In this document: positions 58,291-64,000 of the stretch, piece after piece
How positions within the stretch are numbered: position 1 is the stretch's first letter
Layout of the letters: each line of letters starts with the position of its first letter
Source: an uncultured Gemmatimonadaceae bacterium
GTDB taxonomy: Bacteria; Gemmatimonadota; Gemmatimonadetes; Longimicrobiales; RSA9
Reading direction: 5' to 3'
Length of the DNA stretch: 64,000 nucleotides
Assembly (NCBI GenBank): GCA_964410055.1
Contig: CAYPGK010000003.1
Location: 2,557-66,556 of the forward strand
Position numbers and translations under genes: made by a program
Notes under the pieces: model-generated
What the model was told of the DNA's origin: nothing
What the model saw: only the letters and a program-made list of their open reading frames with translations
The model's database searches: none

Positions 58291-59570
58291 TGCTGGATCT
58301 GAAAAGGGTGCGGGAGGAGACCGCTCTGGTGAAGGAGCGGCTGGCGCGGCGGGGCAATCCAGAGCTTCTGGAGCAGATCGACCACGTCCTGGAGCTGGAC
58401 GAGGAGCGTCGCACGCGGATCGCTGAAGTCGATGCCTTGCGCGCGCGTCGCAACGAAGAATCCCCCAAGGTTGCAGAACTCAAACAAGCCGGGCGGCACG
58501 AAGAGGCCGACCGGCTGATTCGCGAGATGCGGGAGGTGGCGGAGCGCATCGCGGTGGAGGAGGCGCGCCTCGGGGAGATCGAGGAAGCGCTCCGTTCACT
58601 GCTGCTCCAGATCCCGAACCTTCCCGAGCCGGACGTGCCGTCAGGCGGCGAGGAAGCGAACCGGGTGCTCAGGGAGTGGGGCGAGACGCCGGAGTTCGAC
58701 TTCGAGCCGAAGCCGCACTGGGAGATCGGTGAGGCGCTCGGGATCCTGGACTTTCCGCGAGGCGCGAAGGTGGCCGGGAGCGGGTTCCCGCTGCTGGTCG
58801 GCGCGGGCGCGAGGCTGGAGCGCGCGCTGATCAACTTCATGATGGACCTGCACAGCGGAGAGCACGGGTACACGGAGCTGTGGCCGCCGTTCATGGTGAA
58901 CCGGGATGCGGCGCTCGGCACGGGCCACCTGCCGAAGTTCGGCGAGGACATGTACGAGGTGCCGCTCGATGGCCTGTACCTGGTGCCGACGGCGGAGGTC
59001 CCCGTCACGAACCTGCACGGCGGTGAGCTGCTCGGCCCGGACGCGCTGCCGATCCGCTACGTCGCATACACGCCGTGCTTCCGCCGGGAAGCGGGCGCGC
59101 ACGGCAAGGAGACGCGCGGCCTCATCCGCGTGCATCAGTTCGACAAGGTGGAGCTGGTCCGGTTCGAGCGGCCCGAGTCGAGCGCGGCTGCGCTCGAGGA
59201 GCTGACGTCGCATGCGGAGACGGTGCTCCAGCGCCTGGGGCTGCGCTACCGCGTGCTGCTCCTCGCGGGCGGGGATCTCGGCTTCTCCAACGCGAAGACG
59301 TACGACCTGGAGGTCTGGGCTCCCGGCGCGGACCGGTGGCTCGAGGTGTCGAGCTGCTCCCTCTACACGGATTACCAGGCGCGGCGCGCGAATATCCGGT
59401 TCCGGCCGGAGCCCGGCGGGCGCCCCGAGTTCGTGCACACGCTGAACGGCTCGGCGCTGGCGCTGGCCCGTGTCGTCGTCGCGCTCCTGGAGAACGGTCA
59501 GCAGTCGGACGGCAGCGTGGTCCTGCCTGAAGCGTTGGCGCCGTATTTCGGCGCGGACCGGATCGCGTAG
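58290..59570 (+). CDS. serS: serine--tRNA ligase
   Basis: N-terminal coiled-coil arm and class II motifs (FRREAG..., GLIRVHQFDKVE, ...TLNGSALA). Confidence 0.96.
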   Translation: MLDLKRVREETALVKERLARRGNPELLEQIDHVLELDEERRTRIAEVDALRARRNEESPKVAELKQAGRHEEADRLIREMREVAERIAVEEARLGEIEEALRSLLLQIPNLPEPDVPSGGEEANRVLREWGETPEFDFEPKPHWEIGEALGILDFPRGAKVAGSGFPLLVGAGARLERALINFMMDLHSGEHGYTELWPPFMVNRDAALGTGHLPKFGEDMYEVPLDGLYLVPTAEVPVTNLHGGELLGPDALPIRYVAYTPCFRREAGAHGKETRGLIRVHQFDKVELVRFERPESSAAALEELTSHAETVLQRLGLRYRVLLLAGGDLGFSNAKTYDLEVWAPGADRWLEVSSCSLYTDYQARRANIRFRPEPGGRPEFVHTLNGSALALARVVVALLENGQQSDGSVVLPEALAPYFGADRIA

Positions 59571-59642
59571 CCGGGCACCCGTGCGCGTCCCGGTCCGGCG
59601 CGCCGGGTCGCGGGCCCGAACCGCGCCGCGAGCGGGGAGGTC

Positions 59643-60935
59643 GTGCAGCCGATGAGGATCCGGTTCCCCACGATCGACGTCGACCGCCGTCCGTGGCCGG
59701 TCGCGCTCGCCCTGATCTCGCTCATCTTCGTCGGTTCCTTCCTGCTGTACACCGAGCTCCTCGTGCGGGAGGTGCATGCGGAGGCGGAAGCGCACTCGCG
59801 CATGTACGCCATCGTCCAGCGCGGCCTGATCTCGCTCGAACCGGGCGCGGAGCTGAAGGCGCTCACCTCGCTGCAAACCTCGCTCACGACGCTGGGGATC
59901 CCGATCGTCGTGCGGGGCGCGGACGGCCAGCCGCAGTGGGTGGCGAATCTGCCGTTCGAGGCCGACCTCGCGGACCCGGCGGACCGGGCGCGGGTCATGG
60001 AGTTCGTTCGGGACCTCGACCGGCGCAACCCGCCGATCGTCGAGCCAGGGATCGGCACGGTGCACTTCGGCTCGCCGCCGGTCCTGCGCTGGCTGCGGTG
60101 GGTCCCACTCCTCCAGGTCGGTACGGCGCTCGTGTTGCTCGTCGTCGGGTTGGGCCTGGTGCGCTCGAACGTGAGAGCGGAGCGGGAGCGGCTCTGGGCC
60201 GCGATGGCGCGGGAGCTCGCTCATCAGATGGGCACGCCGCTCTCTTCGCTGGTCGGCTGGGTCGAGGTGCTGGGACTCTCGCCGGCGGAGCGGGACGGCT
60301 GGATCGGGCAGGACCGGATCGCCCGCGAGATTGCCTCCGACGTGGAACGACTGGAGCGGGTGTCCCGGCGGTTCGAGCTGATCGGCAAGCCGCCGGCGCT
60401 CGAGCCTGTGCGTGTTGCGGACGTCATGGACGAGCTCGAGCGCTACCTGAAGCCGCGTGTGCCCCGGCTGGGCGGCGCGGTCCGGTTCCGGGTGCGCGCG
60501 AGCCAGAACGTGCCACCCGTGAGGGCGAACCAGGTGCTTCTGGTGTGGGCGCTCGAGAACGTGGTCCGAAACGCGCTCGATGCGCTGGCCGGCCGGACGG
60601 GGAGCATCCGCGTCGCGGCGGCTTCGGCGGACGATGACCGCGTGATCTTCTCGGTCTCGGACGACGGCGCGGGGATCCCGCTCGACCTGCGTGAGCGAAT
60701 CTTCGAGCCGGGATTCACGACCAAGGTCGGCGGGTGGGGGGTGGGCCTGTCGCTGTCGCGGCGGATCATCGAAGAGCTTCACGGCGGGCGGATCGTCGCG
60801 CGTCCGCGTCGCGGCGGCGGCACGGTCTTCGAGATCGAGCTGCCGGCGCACACGACCGAGCCCGGGCGGGGCAGGGGACGTCGCGGGGGACGGGCGGAGC
60901 GCAGGGCCGGTCGCCGGGTATTCATCAGATCATGA
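59643..60935 (+). CDS. sensor histidine kinase (two TM segments, periplasmic loop, HisKA-HATPase)
   Basis: H-box MARELAHQMGTPLSSL, then NVVRNALDA, DDGAGIP and GWGVGLSL. The start is GTG 59643 or ATG 59652. The stop overlaps the pcrA start (ATGA). Confidence 0.85.
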   Translation: MQPMRIRFPTIDVDRRPWPVALALISLIFVGSFLLYTELLVREVHAEAEAHSRMYAIVQRGLISLEPGAELKALTSLQTSLTTLGIPIVVRGADGQPQWVANLPFEADLADPADRARVMEFVRDLDRRNPPIVEPGIGTVHFGSPPVLRWLRWVPLLQVGTALVLLVVGLGLVRSNVRAERERLWAAMARELAHQMGTPLSSLVGWVEVLGLSPAERDGWIGQDRIAREIASDVERLERVSRRFELIGKPPALEPVRVADVMDELERYLKPRVPRLGGAVRFRVRASQNVPPVRANQVLLVWALENVVRNALDALAGRTGSIRVAAASADDDRVIFSVSDDGAGIPLDLRERIFEPGFTTKVGGWGVGLSLSRRIIEELHGGRIVARPRRGGGTVFEIELPAHTTEPGRGRGRRGGRAERRAGRRVFIRS

Positions 60936-63214
60936 GCGAACAGAAGGAATACATGCGGGGGCTGAACCCCGAGCAGCGCCAGGCCGTCGAGCACTTCGAG
61001 GGGCCTATCCTCGTACTTGCGGGTGCGGGATCCGGGAAGACGCGGGTGCTGACGACCCGGATCGCACATCTGATCGAGGAATACGGTGTCGACCCTGCGT
61101 CGATCCTTGCGGTCACGTTCACGAACAAGGCCGCGGGCGAGATGCGCGAGCGGGTCCGGCGCCTGCTCGGGCAGGAGCCGGCGGGGATGTGGGTCGGTAC
61201 CTTCCACGCCATCGGCGCGCGCCTGCTGCGGCGGCACGCCACCCTCCTCGGCTGGTCGCCGAACTTCAGCATCTACGACGCGGACCAGACGCTGCGCGAG
61301 ATCAAGCGCACCATGGAGCGCCTCGGGCTGTCGATCAAGCGCTGGCACCCGAAGGCGGTCCAGGCCGCGATCTCTTCGGCGAAGGACAAGCTGATCGATC
61401 CGGAAGAGTACGCGTCGCTGGCGCGCGATGCGTTCTCGCGCGTCGTCGCCGACGTGTACCCGGCGTACCAGACGGCGCTGCGCGAGCAGAACGCCTTCGA
61501 CTTCGACGACCTGCTGGTGAAGCCCGTCGAGCTGCTTCGCGAGAACCCGGAGGCGCTCCGCCACTACAGCCGCCGCTTCCAGTTCATCCTGGTCGACGAG
61601 TACCAGGACACGAACCACGCGCAGTACAAGTTCGTCGAGATGCTGGCGCGAGAGCACGGCAACCTGATGGTCGTCGGCGACGACGACCAGTCGATCTACG
61701 GTTGGCGCGGCGCGGACATCCGAAACATCCTCGATTTCGAGAGCGACTTCCCCGATGCGCGGGTGATCCGCCTGGAGCAGAACTACCGCTCGACGGCGCG
61801 GATCCTGGATGCGGCCAACGCGGTGATCGCGGAGAACGTGCGCCGCAAGGGGAAGACGCTGCGCACGGACGCGGAGCCGGGCGAGGCGGTGTCGCTGGTC
61901 GAGACGGCGGACGAGCGGGACGAGGCGGACTGGATCGCCTCCGAGATCGAGGCTCGACTGGCCGAGGACGGCGAGCGCACGCCGCGGGACTTCGTCGTGT
62001 TGTACCGAACGAACGCCCAGTCGCGCGCGCTGGAGGACTCGTTCCGTCACCGCGACCTGCCGTACCAGATCGTCGGGGGCACGCGCTTCTACGAGCGGCG
62101 GGAGATCATGGACGTGCTGGCTTATCTTCGGCTCATCTCGAACCCGAAGGATGCCGGCGCGTTCGACCGGATCGTGAACTACCCGCGCCGGGGGATCGGC
62201 GATACGACCAAGGGCCGGTTGCTGGCCTGGGCCGCGGAGCAAGGGCTGCCGGTCCTCGAGGCGGCGGCGCGCGCGGCCGAGTGCCCGGAGATCGGGACGG
62301 CCGGCGCGCGCGCACTCGCGGCCTTCGCGGAGCTGATCGTCCGCTATCGCGGCCTCGCCGCGCACCTCGGCGTGGGCGAACTGCTCGAGAAGCTGATCGA
62401 CGAGGTGGGTCTCATCGATGCGCTCCTCGATGAGGGGCCCGAGGGTGAGGATCGGATCGAGAACGTCCGCGAGCTGGAGGCGGCCGCGTACGAGTTCGAT
62501 GAGCGCGGCGCCGACGACGAGGCCGAGGAAGAGGACGCGCAGGCGGACGCGACGTCGCTCGACCGGTTCCTGCAAAAGGTCGCGCTCGTGGCCGACGTCG
62601 ACCGCCACGACCCGGAGGCGCACGCGGTCACGCTCATGACGCTGCACAACGCGAAGGGGCTGGAGTTTCCCTTCGTCTTCATCGCCGGCCTCGAGGACGG
62701 CCTCTTCCCGCTCGCCCGCGCCTACGATGAGCCGGACACGCTGGAGGAGGAGCGCCGTCTCTTCTACGTCGGGATCACGCGGGCGCGGCGGAAGCTGTAC
62801 CTGACCTACGCCCACTCGCGCCGCAGGGCGGGCGAGTCGATGGCGTGCATCCCGTCCAGCTTCCTCGAGGCGCTGCCGGAGGAGTTGCTCGAGCGCCGGT
62901 CGTCGTCCACATTGGCGCGGTCCCGCTACCGGAGCGAGCGCTTCTGGCGCGAGCGGGTGGCCGCGGGCGGCAGCCGGGCGGGCGGCGATGCGTTCGATGA
63001 GCCGGAGCCGGGCGGCCTCGTCATCGACTACAGCGACGCGCAGGACGCCCCTCGCTTCATCAAGGGCGAGCGCGTGCGGCATCCGCAGTTCGGGCGCGGG
63101 ATCATCCGCGAGTTGAGCGGCTTCGGCCGCGATCTCAAGGCAGTGATCGAGTTCGAAAGCGTGGGGCGCAAGAAGGTCGTGCTCCGCTACGCGAATCTAC
63201 AGAAGGAGCTCTAG
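60932..63214 (+). CDS. pcrA: ATP-dependent DNA helicase PcrA/UvrD
   Basis: Internal ATG at 60932. Helicase motifs AGAGSGKT, FTNKAAGEM, DEYQDTN, GDDDQSIYGWRGA, LEQNYRS, TLHNAKGLEF and YVGITRA are present. Confidence 0.95.
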   Translation: MSEQKEYMRGLNPEQRQAVEHFEGPILVLAGAGSGKTRVLTTRIAHLIEEYGVDPASILAVTFTNKAAGEMRERVRRLLGQEPAGMWVGTFHAIGARLLRRHATLLGWSPNFSIYDADQTLREIKRTMERLGLSIKRWHPKAVQAAISSAKDKLIDPEEYASLARDAFSRVVADVYPAYQTALREQNAFDFDDLLVKPVELLRENPEALRHYSRRFQFILVDEYQDTNHAQYKFVEMLAREHGNLMVVGDDDQSIYGWRGADIRNILDFESDFPDARVIRLEQNYRSTARILDAANAVIAENVRRKGKTLRTDAEPGEAVSLVETADERDEADWIASEIEARLAEDGERTPRDFVVLYRTNAQSRALEDSFRHRDLPYQIVGGTRFYERREIMDVLAYLRLISNPKDAGAFDRIVNYPRRGIGDTTKGRLLAWAAEQGLPVLEAAARAAECPEIGTAGARALAAFAELIVRYRGLAAHLGVGELLEKLIDEVGLIDALLDEGPEGEDRIENVRELEAAAYEFDERGADDEAEEEDAQADATSLDRFLQKVALVADVDRHDPEAHAVTLMTLHNAKGLEFPFVFIAGLEDGLFPLARAYDEPDTLEEERRLFYVGITRARRKLYLTYAHSRRRAGESMACIPSSFLEALPEELLERRSSSTLARSRYRSERFWRERVAAGGSRAGGDAFDEPEPGGLVIDYSDAQDAPRFIKGERVRHPQFGRGIIRELSGFGRDLKAVIEFESVGRKKVVLRYANLQKEL

Positions 63215-63224
63215 GGAGATCGGA

Positions 63225-63608
63225 ATGGCGGTCACACGGGAGGAAGTGCTCCAGGTCGCCGCGCTCGCCCGCCTCCGGCTGGAGGAGGACGAGGTCGAGC
63301 GGTTCACGGCGCAGCTAAACGACATCCTGTCCCATATGGAGGAGCTGGAGGCCGTCGACGTCGAAGGCGTGGAGGCGATCGGCGCGGTGGCGGAATGGAA
63401 CGCGCCGTTGCGCGAAGACGACGTCGCCCCCGACTCGTTGCGCGTGCCGCCTTCGGAGCTCGCGCCCTCTTGGCGCGAGGGCTTCTTCACGGTGCCGCGC
63501 GTGGCGGCGCTCGACGTGTCCGAGTTGGACGAGCCGTTCGAGGACAAGGCCACCGTGCCGTCCGAGGGGAGGGTGGAGCCCGAAGATCTCGGAGGAGGCG
63601 CGAAGTGA
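63225..63608 (+). CDS. gatC: Asp-tRNA(Asn)/Glu-tRNA(Gln) amidotransferase subunit GatC (with C-terminal extension)
   Basis: VLQVAALARLRLEEDEVERFTAQLNDILSHMEEL. About 30 extra acidic residues at the C-terminus. Confidence 0.9.
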   Translation: MAVTREEVLQVAALARLRLEEDEVERFTAQLNDILSHMEELEAVDVEGVEAIGAVAEWNAPLREDDVAPDSLRVPPSELAPSWREGFFTVPRVAALDVSELDEPFEDKATVPSEGRVEPEDLGGGAK

Positions 63609-64000
63609 GCGTGCACATGAGGCCGGTGCGCGAGATCGCGCGCGATGTAGCCGCCGGGCGCGTGTCCGCGCTCGACGTCGTGCGCTCCTCGCTCGACGCG
63701 ATCGAGCGGGAGGACCGGGGGCCGGACGGGTTGAACGCCTTCCTCGCCTTCGACCGCACGCGGGCCGAGGCGAGTGCGGCGGAGATCGACCGCGGGCGCG
63801 GGGAGGAGGGCGGCGCGAAGCCGCTGCTCGGGGTGCCCGTCGCCGTGAAGGACAACCTCTGCACCCTCGACCTGCCCACGACGTGCGGCTCGCGCATGCT
63901 CGAGGGCTTCCGTTCGCCCTACGAGGCCACGGCGATCCGGAAGCTGCGCGAGGCGGGCGCGATCATCGTCGGCAAGACGAACCTCGACGAGTTCGCGATG
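63605..64000 (+). CDS. gatA: Glu-tRNA(Gln) amidotransferase subunit GatA (5' part, runs off the window)
   Basis: Not in the ORF track because it is an edge ORF. GTG at 63605 overlaps the gatC stop (ATG at 63617 is an alternative). My translation ...LNAFLAFD...PLLGVPVAVKDNLCT...TTCGSRMLEGFRSPYEATAIRKLREAGAIIVGKTNLDEFAM matches the amidase signature N-terminus. Confidence 0.9.
   Translation, partial: MSVHMRPVREIARDVAAGRVSALDVVRSSLDAIEREDRGPDGLNAFLAFDRTRAEASAAEIDRGRGEEGGAKPLLGVPVAVKDNLCTLDLPTTCGSRMLEGFRSPYEATAIRKLREAGAIIVGKTNLDEFAM

Overview
High-GC (roughly 70%) bacterial chromosomal segment, densely coding (about 62 CDS plus one small RNA) and made mostly of conserved housekeeping blocks. On the + strand: ffs-dnaX-ybaB-recR, a membrane protein with mglB-mglA, pgsA-cinA, grpE-dnaJ, and lepB, rpoD, rplM-rpsI, rpsB-tsf-pyrH-frr-uppS-cdsA-dxr-rseP, then serS, pcrA and gatC-gatA. 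On the - strand: nifS-mnmA, a tolC-macA-macB-type efflux operon ending in bshB1, and a dsbA-ftsH-htrA envelope cluster. The short FCB-type primary sigma factor, a Myxococcus-like MglA/MglB pair, BshB1 and the very high G+C suggest a Gemmatimonadota-like organism; this is inference only. I saw no rRNA, tRNA, CRISPR array, transposase, integrase or prophage genes, so this reads as core genome rather than an accessory island. Many very long ORFs in the track (for example 1087..3342-, 8352..10994-, 38190..41291-, 60779..63082-) are antisense high-GC artefacts and were not called. The items most worth a second look are these. (1) A 376-bp, AT-richer, ORF-poor spacer between two convergent genes (14386-14761) carries three TGGGACA boxes phased at exactly 11 bp, a candidate 27-codon ORF with a Shine-Dalgarno sequence, and a 13-bp perfect hairpin. 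(2) A four-gene translationally coupled cassette encodes a LarE-like PP-loop ATPase, a stand-alone copy of its C-terminal domain, a cysteine desulfurase and ThpR (36408-39167). (3) An mglBA module is coupled to a small membrane protein. (4) A receiver-led operon combines ManC, a beta-helix protein, a patatin and an MBL hydrolase. (5) A full sigma-54 core-promoter match sits upstream of grpE-dnaJ. All calls rest on reading the sequence and ORF translations by eye; no database or structure searches were run.
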